Of a stretch of DNA of 64,000 bases, positions 26,314 through 37,039 are shown one piece after another (position 1 is the stretch's first letter; every line of letters begins with the position of its first letter). Position numbers and translations under genes: made by a program. Under the pieces are notes generated by a model, which was given only the letters and a program-made list of their open reading frames with translations, made no database searches and had not been told where the DNA came from. The DNA is from Singulisphaera sp. Its GTDB lineage: Bacteria > Planctomycetota > Planctomycetia > Isosphaerales > Isosphaeraceae. The stretch is from the NCBI GenBank assembly GCA_027451445.1, contig DAIDJG010000067.1, forward strand, positions 414 to 64,413, read 5' to 3'.

Positions 26314-29300
26314 ATGAAATTCGGATTCGACCGTCGGAAAACGCGGCACACGCGGAACCCCGTCCGCTTGCTTCCTGAGCAATCCCGCCGACGAGGACTC
26401 ACGGCTATTGTCGAAGCCCTGGAGGAGCGTACGCTGCTGTCGACCCTCGACGTCACGAGCAAGGCGCTCTCGTACAAGGCGAGCGCCGGCATCAACAATG
26501 ACCTCACGGTTTCTTCAACGGGCATCGGCGGCAATTATACGTTCACCGACACCGCCGAGACGATCACACTGACGTCGAACGCCATCTCCGCGGGCTGGAC
26601 AGGGAGCGGTACGAACACCGTGCAAGGGCCGGTCACGTCGGTCTCGTCGCTCCTGATCGATGGCAAGGACGGCAACGATACCATCAACCTGGAGTCGGAG
26701 AACAACGCAACCACGATCATCTTCAGCACTTCGACGCCCTCGGATACCGATACCGTTGTCCTTGGCGATCCTTCAAAAGGGATGTCGGGGCTCCTTAGCT
26801 CCGTCGCGATCGGCAACGTGCTCGGGACCACGACGCTCGTCGCCGACGACTCCGGTGCATCGTCCCCGAAAACGTGGTCGATCTCCGGGACGAACCTCTC
26901 AATCGGCTCCGCATCGGTGGACTACTCGGGGGCCAACCTTGCGTCGCTGCTCGTTCAGGGAGGAAGCGGAGGCAACGCTTTCACTCTCTCCAACACGCCG
27001 GGGGCTCCGACCACGGTCGACACAGGCAGCGGCAACAACGCCGTGACGGTCCAGGCCACAAAAGGGAGTTTGAGTCTGAGCGCCGCTGGAGTAACCACGG
27101 CCACGCTCGGCAACTCGACCGCGGGCGTTCAGGACCTGAAGGGTGCCGTCACCGTTGCCAGCACGGCCGGCAACACCAGCCTGACGATCGACGACTGGGC
27201 CGACAGCACGCCCAGGACGGCCACGATCTCGGCCAACCAGGTGACCAGCCTGGCTCCCACAACGATTGATTACACGGGAGCGACTCTCTACGCACTCACC
27301 GTTAAAGGGGGGAGCGGTGGGAACACCTTCACCGTGTCCGGCACGAGGGACAACACCGTCAAGACCACCCTCAACACCGGTGCGAATCTCGGGCCGAGTC
27401 CGAGCCCCAATACGGTCAATGTCACCGCCACGACCGGAACGCTCTACATCAACGCCCAGGACAACCTCGCGACCGATACGCTGAACCTGAGCGGCGGGGT
27501 GAACGTCAACGTCGCAACGGCCGTGGAGGTGGTCCCCAACGGGGCCCCTAACGGGGTGGCCACCGACTTGAACATCAATGCCCAGGCCACGGGCGTTTCG
27601 CTCCAACTCACCAACGCCAACGCACAGACCATCAATGGCACGATCAACCTGACCGGTCCCGCCGGCTCCGTGGCGCTGACTGTGGACGATACCAACGACG
27701 CGACGGCGCGCGTCGTCACCGTGTCGCAACGCACGATCATCGGCATCCTGCCGCAGGAGATCGCTCTGGGGCTCGGCGTGCTGAGCGCCCTGGAGCTGAA
27801 AGGGGCGGGGCGTTTCGACACCTTGACCCTCAATGCCGGCAACGAGGGGCCGGTGAGCGTGACCGCGCCGCCGAACGGACCCGTCGGTCTCGGTACGATA
27901 ATCATCGGCGCCAACTTGCCGATCGGCTACGAGAATTACAGTGCCGTGAATGTCATCAATGCGGCCGATCGGCTCCTGACTCCGATCAACGGGTCGGTCG
28001 TGCCCATTACGAACGACCTGTCCCTCGAGGGCAAGGCTCTCAACTTCCACGTCGCGTCGTTCATGGACGCCGACCCGAACGCTCGCTCCAACAATTTCAT
28101 GGCCATGGTCGACTGGGGCGACAATACCCCCGACATCCCGGGCTCGATCGCCGCCGCAGGCACCAGCGACGGTGCGCCGTTGTTCGACGTCACGGCCAGT
28201 CACCAGTACGCCGAAGCCGGCACCTACAACGTGGTCGTGACGATCACCGACATGTCCACCGGCGCCCTGGCCTCAATCGTGGGCGGTATCCCGGTCACGG
28301 TCACCGACCTCGGTGGCGCTTCGGTTAAGACGGGGTCGACCACGCAGGTGAACCTCGTGTCCGACGGTTCGGTGTCGGCCAATACAACGGACGGCAGCCT
28401 CAAGAACCCGTGGGGACTCGCGTACGGTCCTGGCCAACCATTCTGGGTCTCCGACCAGGGGTCGGGACTCTCGACCCAGTACGACGGAACCGGCGCACCT
28501 CAGTCGCCCTTGGGAGTCACAATCCCACCGCCGACCGGCGGCAGTGGACCATCGACCCCGACCGGCGTCGCCTACAATCCGCACTCGACCGCCCCCTCGC
28601 CGATCTTTGATCTGATCCCGGGCAATACCGACACGCCGGCCGTGTTCCTGTTCGTCACTCAGGACGGAACGATCAGCGGGTGGAACCCGGGCGTGGATAC
28701 ACCCCCAACGCCGTCGAAGACGGCCGTGCTCGAGGTCGACCGTTCCAGCGCGGGGGCCGATTACACGGGCATGGCCGTCGCTGATACCGGCGGCAACACC
28801 TACCTCTACGCCGACAACTTCCACAGCGGCCAGATCGAGATCTTCGACCAGAACTTCAACATGGTCACTCCCTTCGGCGCAAACGCCTTTACCGACCCGG
28901 CGATCCCGGCCGGTTACGCACCCTACAACATCCAGGACATCAACGGGACGTTCTACGTCACGTATGCCAGGCAAGACTCCGCTGCGCGCAATGCCGCGGC
29001 CAGTCTTGGCTGGGGGTTTGTCGACGAATACACACTCTCCGGCTCGCTGATCCAACCGGTCGTCAACGGCGTGACGCAGCCGCACTTGATCTCCAACGCG
29101 CCACTCGATGCACCCTGGGGAGTGGCGCTGGCGCCCTCCAATTTCGGGCAGTTCAGCAATGATCTCCTCGTCGGCAATCACGGCGATGGACATATCAACG
29201 TCTTCGACCCCAACACCGGCGCGTTCATCAGCCCCTTGATCAACTCCTCGAACCAGGCGGTGGTTATCGACGGTCTGCACGCTTTGCTCTTTGGCAATGG

Positions 29301-32300
29301 GGGAAGCGCCGGCGCGACCAACACGCTCTACTTCACGGCGGGCGCGAACGGCGGTGCGAACGGGCTATTCGGCAGCATCACGCCGGTGGAAAACACCGCG
29401 GTGATCGGCGAGGGTGCGCTCAAGCTCTCGGTCGTCAACGTCTCGGCCGTCGAGGGGGCGCCGTTCGTCGGCGTGGTCGGCAACTTCACCGACGACAACA
29501 CCAGGTCGAGCGCGGGCGACTTCACCGCGACCATCGATTGGGGCGACGGCTCGGCACCAACAACCGGGATCGTCTCGCCGGGCAATGGGTCGGGTGCGTT
29601 CATCGTGAGCGTCGACCTGGCGCACGCACACACTTACCTCGACGAGACGGGCTCTCCGGTGCGGCTTCAGCCGTACAACATCGCGATCACGGTGTCGGAG
29701 ACGGACAACCAGGCCTCGGTGGTCGCGGGGGGATTCGCGAACGTCGCAGATGCGCCTTTGGTCTCCGCCAGCGGCCTCGATCCTTCCGGCACGTTCTTCG
29801 AAGGCATCCCCATCGCGACGGCGCCCATCACGCTGGCGACGTTCATCGATACGAATCCGTTGGCGACAACGGGCGACTTCATTGCGAACGGCGTGACCGG
29901 CAGCGCGCTCATCAACTGGGGAGACGGGTCGAGCGACCTGGGCACGGTCATCGCCACGGGTCCGACGCCGCTGGGAGAGGGATTTGCCATACTCGGCAAC
30001 CACACCTACGTGAAGGTCGGACCGGCGTTGATCACGATGAACGTGACGGACATCGGTGGCAAGACCGTGAGTGCCGTGGCGAACGTCAATATCCTCGATG
30101 CGCCGCTCACGGCAGTCGCGGCGCCGGCGCTGGCGGGGGTGGAGAACTCGCCCCTCGTCGATCCCCTCAGTGGTAGTACGAGCGTCACTGTGGCGAACTT
30201 CGTCGATGGCGACCCACTGGTACTCGCCACGGACTTCAAGGCCTCGATCGACTGGGGGGACGGTTCAGCCGGCTCGGGGATCGTCGTTCCTGCTCTGGGC
30301 GGCGGATTCTCGGTGCTCGGCTCGCACAAGTATGCCGAAGCCGGAATCTTCGCCATCGGTGTGGTCATCGATGATAGTGCGGGAGACGCGGGGGGCAGCC
30401 GGACGATCGGTGGTACCACCGCGACGATCGTCGATGCTCCGCTGGTCGCGGGTCCGGCGTTGGACACTCTGACGGCCAGCGAGAACATCAAGCTCAGCGG
30501 TGCGTTGATCGGCACCTTTACCGACGGCAATACGGCGGGCAACACGAAAGACTTCTCGGTGTCAATCAACTGGGGGGACGGCTCGGCCCCCGACACCAAA
30601 ACAGGGACCGTCTCGATCTTCGGCGGCACAGCCGCCGGCACCGTGTTCATCGTGAAAGGCGACCACAAGTACAAAGAAGAACAGCAATTTGCCGGCATGC
30701 CGTTCAACGTCACGGCCACGGTGACCGACGTTGACGGCAGCGTGGTCGTGGTGACCAACAAAGTGACCGTAAACGACCTGCCGATCACCGCCATGGGCGC
30801 ACCGAGCATTCCCGGCGTCGTGAACGTACCGCTGTCGAAGACGCCCGGCCGCTCGCCGGGGGCGCCTGATATTGCGTCGGTGGTCGATCCCAACCCCGCC
30901 GTGCCGCTCGGCGACTTCACGGCCAACGGCGCGATCCTCATCGACTGGGGCGACGGAACGCAGAACACCCTGGGCGACGCGGCCAACGTGATCACGGTCC
31001 GCTCGATCGGCAATCCACCCGGCGCAACGATCGTGATCCAGGGCGATCACACCTACAAGGCCGCCGGCGACTACGAGATCGAGGTCTTCGTGACCGATGA
31101 AGGGAGCAGCCGGACGGTGGCCTTCTCCGAGGCAATCATCACCGCCGGCGCAGCAAACGCCGCGGCGGCCGCCGCACCACCGGTGCTCGCGGCGGAAGGC
31201 CAGCGCGCATCGAACGTGGTCGTCGGCTCGTTCATCGACTCCAACCTCGACAATACCGCCGCGAGCTTCGGTGCCCTGATCAACTGGGGCGACGGCAGCG
31301 AGGACGACGCGGGGACGGTGGTCAAGACCGGCCCGGACAGCTACGACGTGCTGGGCTCGCATACCTACAGCGAGGAAACAGGCGCTGGTGGCGAATTCCC
31401 CATCAACGTCCTCGTGACCGACACGTCGGGCAATGAGCTCGCGCTGGCCAACACGGCCACGGTTGACGACGCCCCCATCACCGTCATGGAGGTCGCTGCC
31501 CTGGAGACCCAGGTCGGAGTGGCGATCCCGGCCGGCACCGAAGTCGCGCGGTTCCAGGACGCGAACTTCGGCGCAACGCTCGACGACTTCCCCGACGCGT
31601 TGATCAATTTCGACGACGGCAACGGCTTCGTCAACGGTGAGGTCATCCCGCTCGGCGGCGGCTCGTTCGAGATCGATAGCGTCGATCCCGTGACCTACGA
31701 CGCTGCCGGCTACTATCAACTTCAGGTGTCGGTGGCCGACGTCGGCGGCAGCGAGTCGGCCGGCAACAACGTCGTCTTCGTGGACGACGCCCCGCCGCCA
31801 CCACCTCCACCGCCACCACCGCCGCCGCCGCCGCAGATTGTGACGCTGAGCAAGGAGCCCTCGGGTGAAGAGGGCGCACCGATGACCAATGAGCTTGTCG
31901 GCGAATTCACGGTCAACAGCATCTCGGTGACCACGAGCGATTATTCCGCCACGATCGACAGTTGGGACGACGGGTCGCCGGGCAACCCCGGTACCGTCGT
32001 CTTCATCAGCCAGGATGCGAGTACGACGACGTTTGGCGTGCTCGGCAACCATACGTACGTGGAGTCGGGCCTGTACACGATCGGTTTCACCGTCACACCC
32101 GACGGCGGCACGGGCGTGTCGGGCTCGTCGACCGCGACCATCGACGATGCACCCCTGGACCCCTCGCCGACTTCGGTGGCCCCCGCCGAAGGGATCGAGT
32201 TCAGCGGCCCCATCGCCGTCTTTACCGACGCGAACCCCTTCAGCACAACGGCCGACTTCCGGCTCAACTCGGTCAACTGGGGGGACGGAGCGGTCGATAC

Positions 32301-34323
32301 GAACCCTGCGGATTTCAGCTTCGTCGTGATCGGTAGCTCGCCCAGCGGCGTGACCTACGAGATCGTCGGCACCCACACCTATGCGAACGACGCAGCCTCC
32401 GAGAGCGGCTCCGACGTCGACTCGGGGACGATCACTGTCTCGTTCGCTGATGAGGATGGCAGCAACCTGGTGGTCGACACGCCGTACGTCCTCGGCGAGG
32501 AGACGACCACGCCGCCACCTCCGCAGATCGTACCCGTGAGCCCCACACCCTCGGCGCAGGAGGGAACTCCGTTGACCAATGCACTCGTCGGTGAGTTCTT
32601 TGTCAACAGCACCGCGGTGACGACCTCAGACTACTCGGCGACGATCACAGGCTGGGGCGACGGCTCCGGCCCCGACCCGGGGACGGTGGTTCTCATCAGC
32701 CAGAGCGGCGGCACCACGACCTTCGGGGTGCTGGGCAGCCACACCTACGAGGAGTCCGGCCCGTACACGATCGACTTCACGGTCACGCCCAACGGCGGCA
32801 CGGGTGTCCCGGGCTCCACGCCCGCGACCGTCAACGATGCGCCTTTGACGGCCTCGGGGTTCTCGGTGTCGCCGACCGAAGGGGTCCAGTACTCGGGGAC
32901 CGTGGGAATCTTCACGGATGCAAACGCCTTCAGCACAACGGCCGACTTCCCCAGCGGCACCATCGACTGGGGTGACGGCTCGTCCCCCTCGCCGGCCACG
33001 TTCATCGAGACCGGCACGTCGTCGGCTGGCGTCACATACGAAGTCCAGGGAACGCACACCTACGCCTCCGACAGTGCCAACGAGCTCGGCCCGGATACCG
33101 ACTCCGGCCAGATCACCGTCACGTTCAGCGACGACGACGGCAGCAACCTGGTGATCCACACGCCGTACGTTCTCCAGGAAGAGGGGAATCCTCCTCCGCC
33201 TCCGCCCCCGCAGATCGTACCGGTGAGCCCAGCACCAACGGGCCAGGAGGGTGCGCCGCTGACCAGTGAGCTCGTCGGCGAGTTCACCGTGAACAGCACG
33301 TCGGTAACGACCAGCGACTACTCGGCGACGATCAACTGGGGCGACGGCCTGTCCTCGGGCCCTGGCACCATCACCCTGCTCGGCCAGAGCGGGGGGGTCA
33401 CAACCTTCGGCGTCGACGGCAGCCACACGTACCAGGAGTCGGGCTCGTACACGATCGGGATCACGATCACGCCGGTCGGAGGCACCGCCGTTTCGGGCAC
33501 GACACCGGCAATGATCGACGATGCGCCCCTGAGCGCATCGGGGTTCTCGGTCTCCGCGACCGAAGGGACCCAGTACTCAGGAACCGTGGCCATGTTCACG
33601 GATCTGAACCCCTTCAGCACAACCGCCGACTTCCCCAGCGTCAGCATCAACTGGGGCGACGGCACGTCGCCGACCCCGGGCACCGTCGTCGAGGAGGGCA
33701 CATCGTCCGGCGGCGTGATGTACGCTGTGCAAGGCACGCACACCTACGCCTCCGACAGCGTCAACGAGGGCGGGCCGGACACCGACTTCGGCCAGATTAC
33801 CACGTCGATCATGGACGATGACGGCAGCTCGCTGACGATGCAGACGTCGTACTTCCTGAACGAGGAGAGTGGGGGCTCGATGACGGGGACCCTCGCGCCT
33901 CAGCACGCGCAAGCGAACGCGATCACCGGAACGACCCGCGCTCCGTTCACTGGCCCCGTGGCAACGTTCGTTGATCCGGTCGCCAACACGGGCAAGTTCG
34001 GCGCGATGATCAACTGGGGCGACGGACAACGGTCCAAAGGCACGGTCATGCGGACTGGGCAGTCGCCCGGAGCCGCCACCTTCCTGGTGATCGGCAAACA
34101 CGATTACAAGCGCGCCGGCCACTACTCCGTGACCATTTCCATCACTGCCCCAGCGGGAGGCGCGGCGACGGTCTCGGCCTTCGCTTCGATCGGCACGCCC
34201 CAATCGAAGCCGAAGACACCTCCACGCCACAAACACGCGCCGAGACCGGCGCACACAGGCCATCCCAGCGGGCCGCTCGCGCACTTGACGCACGTCAAGA
34301 CCGCGCACACGTCACGACACTGA
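26314..34323 (+). CDS. Giant exported repeat protein (about 2669 aa): about 15 PKD-like modules, a TIGR03118-like beta-propeller-type region, Pro-rich linkers and a His/Lys/Pro-rich tail
   Basis: ATG at 26314 follows an 'aggaga' RBS. The N-terminus is 'MKFGFDRRKTRH...IVEALEERTLLST'. There are 13 'WGD(G/N)' plus 2 degenerate ('NFDDG', 'SWDDG') modules, each followed by 'G(S/T/D)H(T/K)Y'. 'NLVSDGSVSANTTDGSLKNPWGLAYGPGQPFWVSDQGSG' (about 28340-29390) resembles TIGR03118. Confidence 0.9.
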   Translation: MKFGFDRRKTRHTRNPVRLLPEQSRRRGLTAIVEALEERTLLSTLDVTSKALSYKASAGINNDLTVSSTGIGGNYTFTDTAETITLTSNAISAGWTGSGTNTVQGPVTSVSSLLIDGKDGNDTINLESENNATTIIFSTSTPSDTDTVVLGDPSKGMSGLLSSVAIGNVLGTTTLVADDSGASSPKTWSISGTNLSIGSASVDYSGANLASLLVQGGSGGNAFTLSNTPGAPTTVDTGSGNNAVTVQATKGSLSLSAAGVTTATLGNSTAGVQDLKGAVTVASTAGNTSLTIDDWADSTPRTATISANQVTSLAPTTIDYTGATLYALTVKGGSGGNTFTVSGTRDNTVKTTLNTGANLGPSPSPNTVNVTATTGTLYINAQDNLATDTLNLSGGVNVNVATAVEVVPNGAPNGVATDLNINAQATGVSLQLTNANAQTINGTINLTGPAGSVALTVDDTNDATARVVTVSQRTIIGILPQEIALGLGVLSALELKGAGRFDTLTLNAGNEGPVSVTAPPNGPVGLGTIIIGANLPIGYENYSAVNVINAADRLLTPINGSVVPITNDLSLEGKALNFHVASFMDADPNARSNNFMAMVDWGDNTPDIPGSIAAAGTSDGAPLFDVTASHQYAEAGTYNVVVTITDMSTGALASIVGGIPVTVTDLGGASVKTGSTTQVNLVSDGSVSANTTDGSLKNPWGLAYGPGQPFWVSDQGSGLSTQYDGTGAPQSPLGVTIPPPTGGSGPSTPTGVAYNPHSTAPSPIFDLIPGNTDTPAVFLFVTQDGTISGWNPGVDTPPTPSKTAVLEVDRSSAGADYTGMAVADTGGNTYLYADNFHSGQIEIFDQNFNMVTPFGANAFTDPAIPAGYAPYNIQDINGTFYVTYARQDSAARNAAASLGWGFVDEYTLSGSLIQPVVNGVTQPHLISNAPLDAPWGVALAPSNFGQFSNDLLVGNHGDGHINVFDPNTGAFISPLINSSNQAVVIDGLHALLFGNGGSAGATNTLYFTAGANGGANGLFGSITPVENTAVIGEGALKLSVVNVSAVEGAPFVGVVGNFTDDNTRSSAGDFTATIDWGDGSAPTTGIVSPGNGSGAFIVSVDLAHAHTYLDETGSPVRLQPYNIAITVSETDNQASVVAGGFANVADAPLVSASGLDPSGTFFEGIPIATAPITLATFIDTNPLATTGDFIANGVTGSALINWGDGSSDLGTVIATGPTPLGEGFAILGNHTYVKVGPALITMNVTDIGGKTVSAVANVNILDAPLTAVAAPALAGVENSPLVDPLSGSTSVTVANFVDGDPLVLATDFKASIDWGDGSAGSGIVVPALGGGFSVLGSHKYAEAGIFAIGVVIDDSAGDAGGSRTIGGTTATIVDAPLVAGPALDTLTASENIKLSGALIGTFTDGNTAGNTKDFSVSINWGDGSAPDTKTGTVSIFGGTAAGTVFIVKGDHKYKEEQQFAGMPFNVTATVTDVDGSVVVVTNKVTVNDLPITAMGAPSIPGVVNVPLSKTPGRSPGAPDIASVVDPNPAVPLGDFTANGAILIDWGDGTQNTLGDAANVITVRSIGNPPGATIVIQGDHTYKAAGDYEIEVFVTDEGSSRTVAFSEAIITAGAANAAAAAAPPVLAAEGQRASNVVVGSFIDSNLDNTAASFGALINWGDGSEDDAGTVVKTGPDSYDVLGSHTYSEETGAGGEFPINVLVTDTSGNELALANTATVDDAPITVMEVAALETQVGVAIPAGTEVARFQDANFGATLDDFPDALINFDDGNGFVNGEVIPLGGGSFEIDSVDPVTYDAAGYYQLQVSVADVGGSESAGNNVVFVDDAPPPPPPPPPPPPPPQIVTLSKEPSGEEGAPMTNELVGEFTVNSISVTTSDYSATIDSWDDGSPGNPGTVVFISQDASTTTFGVLGNHTYVESGLYTIGFTVTPDGGTGVSGSSTATIDDAPLDPSPTSVAPAEGIEFSGPIAVFTDANPFSTTADFRLNSVNWGDGAVDTNPADFSFVVIGSSPSGVTYEIVGTHTYANDAASESGSDVDSGTITVSFADEDGSNLVVDTPYVLGEETTTPPPPQIVPVSPTPSAQEGTPLTNALVGEFFVNSTAVTTSDYSATITGWGDGSGPDPGTVVLISQSGGTTTFGVLGSHTYEESGPYTIDFTVTPNGGTGVPGSTPATVNDAPLTASGFSVSPTEGVQYSGTVGIFTDANAFSTTADFPSGTIDWGDGSSPSPATFIETGTSSAGVTYEVQGTHTYASDSANELGPDTDSGQITVTFSDDDGSNLVIHTPYVLQEEGNPPPPPPPQIVPVSPAPTGQEGAPLTSELVGEFTVNSTSVTTSDYSATINWGDGLSSGPGTITLLGQSGGVTTFGVDGSHTYQESGSYTIGITITPVGGTAVSGTTPAMIDDAPLSASGFSVSATEGTQYSGTVAMFTDLNPFSTTADFPSVSINWGDGTSPTPGTVVEEGTSSGGVMYAVQGTHTYASDSVNEGGPDTDFGQITTSIMDDDGSSLTMQTSYFLNEESGGSMTGTLAPQHAQANAITGTTRAPFTGPVATFVDPVANTGKFGAMINWGDGQRSKGTVMRTGQSPGAATFLVIGKHDYKRAGHYSVTISITAPAGGAATVSAFASIGTPQSKPKTPPRHKHAPRPAHTGHPSGPLAHLTHVKTAHTSRH
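31792..33867 (+). repeat. Three coding tandem super-repeats (about 680-720 bp, about 225 aa each), each starting with a poly-Pro linker
   Basis: Units start at about 31792 (14 consecutive Pro codons, 31792-31833), about 32513 and about 33190. Each reads 'PPPPQIV.(L/V)S..P.G.EG.P.T..LVGEF.VNS..VTTSDYSATI..WGDG...'. Confidence 0.85.
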
Positions 34324-34628
34324 GTCGCGCCGGGTTGTGCTCGGAACACGTCTGCACGAAGATTAAAGGCGTCGTTCGGAGCATGGCTCAGGCTCCCCGT
34401 TTTTCCGAATTCCTGGACACTGTCGCGACGTCACCGGGTTGTCGTCATGGTCGCTGATGCAGAAGGGGGCAGCGACCGCCAAGACAACCCGGTAACGTTA
34501 CTACAGTGGCGGATCTTTTGGGGTTTCCGAGGTTTGTGACGGGCCTCGCCGCCTCCCATCGCGGCACGCGACTGTTCCGGGTATATTCAAGATTCGAGGG
34601 AACAAGCAGCCGTTTTTCGGGAAGTGCC

Positions 34629-35249
34629 ATGGCGAACTCAACAACCCTCACGAACTCGCTTCCGCCGGCACAAGAATGGAAAGACGTGCTCGAGGAAATC
34701 CTGCCGCCGCAGGGTCGATGGAGCGAGGATGAGTACCTCGTCTTGACCGACCACCGCAATCGGCTGGTCGAGTTCACCGATGGATTTCTGGAAGTGCTCC
34801 CGACACCCACGGATAAGCACCAAAGCATACTGAAGTTCCTGTTTCGCGCCTTTTACGGTTTTGCCGAGCCGCGCGGAGGCAAGGTTCAATTCGCACCGAT
34901 GCGTCTCCAGATTCGGCGGGGCAAGTTCCGCGAACCGGACCTCGTATTGTTGCTTTCCGCCGCCGATCCGCGCCGGCAGAACCGTTTTTGGCTGGGCGCC
35001 GATCTCACCCTCGAGGTTGTGAGCGAAGAGAAGCCGGAACGCGACCTGATCGACAAGCGGAACGACTACGCAGAGGGACGCATCCCGGAATACTGGATCG
35101 TGAACCCCCAGACCGAAACCATCACCGTGCTCCGTCTCCGCGCCGATGCTTATGAAGAAGCCGGGACCTACCGTCGCGGGGAGTCGGCAGCGTCGGCCAT
35201 CCTGGCGGGTTTTTCCGTCGCGGTTGCCGGGGTTTTCGACGCGGACTGA
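34629..35249 (+). CDS. Uma2 family (DUF820) putative PD-(D/E)xK endonuclease
   Basis: ATG at 34629. 'EPDLVLLL...GADLTLEVVSEEKPERDLIDKRNDYAEGRIPEYWIVNP' is the typical Uma2 core. Confidence 0.85.
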   Translation: MANSTTLTNSLPPAQEWKDVLEEILPPQGRWSEDEYLVLTDHRNRLVEFTDGFLEVLPTPTDKHQSILKFLFRAFYGFAEPRGGKVQFAPMRLQIRRGKFREPDLVLLLSAADPRRQNRFWLGADLTLEVVSEEKPERDLIDKRNDYAEGRIPEYWIVNPQTETITVLRLRADAYEEAGTYRRGESAASAILAGFSVAVAGVFDAD

Positions 35250-35460
35250 GCGGAGTACTGCGACGCACCAAAGGAAAACGCAATCGGTCCCGAACGCGAG
35301 TTCAATGAAGAAGAGGCACGGTCGCGTGCGACCAGTTGGAGTCCAGATTGCGTAAACCGGTACGAAGCATAAGAACGTCTTCTGCCTGTTATCCGAGCGC
35401 TATGATCCGACAGGCGTCGATTAACGGCGTCTCCCGATTTTTCCACCGGAGCGTCCGATC

Positions 35461-36678
35461 TCACTCCGTTCCGATGATCGCGTCCTTCGCCCGAGCGGCT
35501 GATTCACGTACATCGCTATTGGAATCGCCCGAAATCACGCGATCGAGCGCAGGCAATGCGATTCGGGCCGGCGGTCCCAGTCGGCGCAAATCATCTGCGG
35601 CCCGGGCTCGTTTTGTCGGTTCAGCATCGTCGAGCTCATCAATGCAATGCAGGACTGTCGCCTCAACCTCCCCGAGATTGCGTTCGATCGCATGGACGAC
35701 CTCGACCGCAGCTTGGCGGACCGCCGGGTCGGGGTCGTTTTGCGCTCGGCGAAGGGGTCGCAACGCCACCTTGGCACGGGTTCCGAACTTACCCAGCGCG
35801 ACGATCGCAGCCGTCCGTACGATGGCGTCCGGGTTCGTGAGAGCGCTGACCAACTCCCCAGGGATTTGCAAGTTTGGATCGGGAATCGCCGCGGACAATC
35901 CTCTCTTGACTGCGTTGCGCACGTCGGGGTCAGGGTCGTTCAGGGCCGGAATGAGAAAGGGATATGCGGCTGCCGCGCGCAGGCCGTTCCGTTCGATCGC
36001 CTCCACTGCGGTTCGGCGCACACGAGCGTCCTTGGTTCGGAGAGCCTCATCGAAGATTGATGGGTCGTGCTCGGACACAACGAGGTAGCTATTCCCCGCT
36101 CTTTCTCGCACATGCGGACTCGAATCTCCTAAAGCGGAAAGGATCGCAGCTTGCACGTCGTTCCTCCGGTGCCATTCGGGCGGGAGGCCATAAGCCAACT
36201 CCGAGACGGCCGAAGCACGTCCCCATTCATCTCCATCCCTTGCCCCTCTCAAAAGAGCCGGCCCCGTGAGCGATGGGTCTGCACGAAGGACGCTCAGCCC
36301 CACGGCCGTGGCCGCTCGAACGGCGGGATCGCCGTCCGTCTGGCCTTTCAGTAGGGCGGAAAGCACGCTACGGCGTGTTGCTATCGGAACAGATCCACTC
36401 CTTGGGAGGATCGAGTACAGCCCGATCGCGCAGTGCTTACGGACTCCGGGACTGGGATCATTGACGAGAGCATCGATCAGCACCGGAATCGACCGTGTGG
36501 CGTCCGGCCCCATGCGGGCCAATTCGTCGGCCGCCGTCTCCCGTACCGACGCCTTCGAGTCTACAAGCCAACGTTCCCACGAGTACGGAGGCCCACTCTC
36601 GTAACGATACTTCATCGCTGCCATAATGACCGCGCCGATGGCCACGGCCAGCATCGCACGCAGCATCGAGTACCGCAT
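35461..36678 (-). CDS. HEAT-repeat (PBS-lyase-like) protein with an N-terminal signal anchor
   Basis: ATG at 36678 gives 'MRYSMLRAMLAVAIGAVIMAA'. It has recurrent 'D.(D/S)P.VR..A...L' HEAT units. Confidence 0.8.
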   Translation of the reverse strand: MRYSMLRAMLAVAIGAVIMAAMKYRYESGPPYSWERWLVDSKASVRETAADELARMGPDATRSIPVLIDALVNDPSPGVRKHCAIGLYSILPRSGSVPIATRRSVLSALLKGQTDGDPAVRAATAVGLSVLRADPSLTGPALLRGARDGDEWGRASAVSELAYGLPPEWHRRNDVQAAILSALGDSSPHVRERAGNSYLVVSEHDPSIFDEALRTKDARVRRTAVEAIERNGLRAAAAYPFLIPALNDPDPDVRNAVKRGLSAAIPDPNLQIPGELVSALTNPDAIVRTAAIVALGKFGTRAKVALRPLRRAQNDPDPAVRQAAVEVVHAIERNLGEVEATVLHCIDELDDAEPTKRARAADDLRRLGPPARIALPALDRVISGDSNSDVRESAARAKDAIIGTE

Positions 36679-37039
36679 GACGCTTAATCCGTTTATATCT
36701 GCAGATATACGAAAACGACTGACACTTGCACGCGACATTAGAGCCTGGTTCGCCACTCGCGTTATGCGCGAGCCCAACGATCTAGCATCGCGCCTTCCAG
36801 CACGTCCGTGACGTACGGCAGGGCACGCTGACAAACCGCGATGAATGCCGCGCCAAGCCTTCGGTTCTTTGTCTCAGTCTAGCCGCGAGCTGCGGTTTGA
36901 CAAGTGTAGGGCGTCTGGTTACGTGTTAGCCGCAGGCCTCCCTGGGGTGCCCGTCGCGCTTCACTCGAAAAGATAACTATAAACAAATTTGCAGTATCTT
37001 CGCCAAGATTCTATGCCTGGCCAAAACTGCCGTATGGCC

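Noticed and set aside
34433-34493. Interrupted hairpin (11 + 8 bp stem) downstream of the second giant gene, considered as a terminator.
   Set aside because: There is no U-tract, and it lies 110 nt after the stop codon. It is recorded only as a structure, and its function is unsupported.
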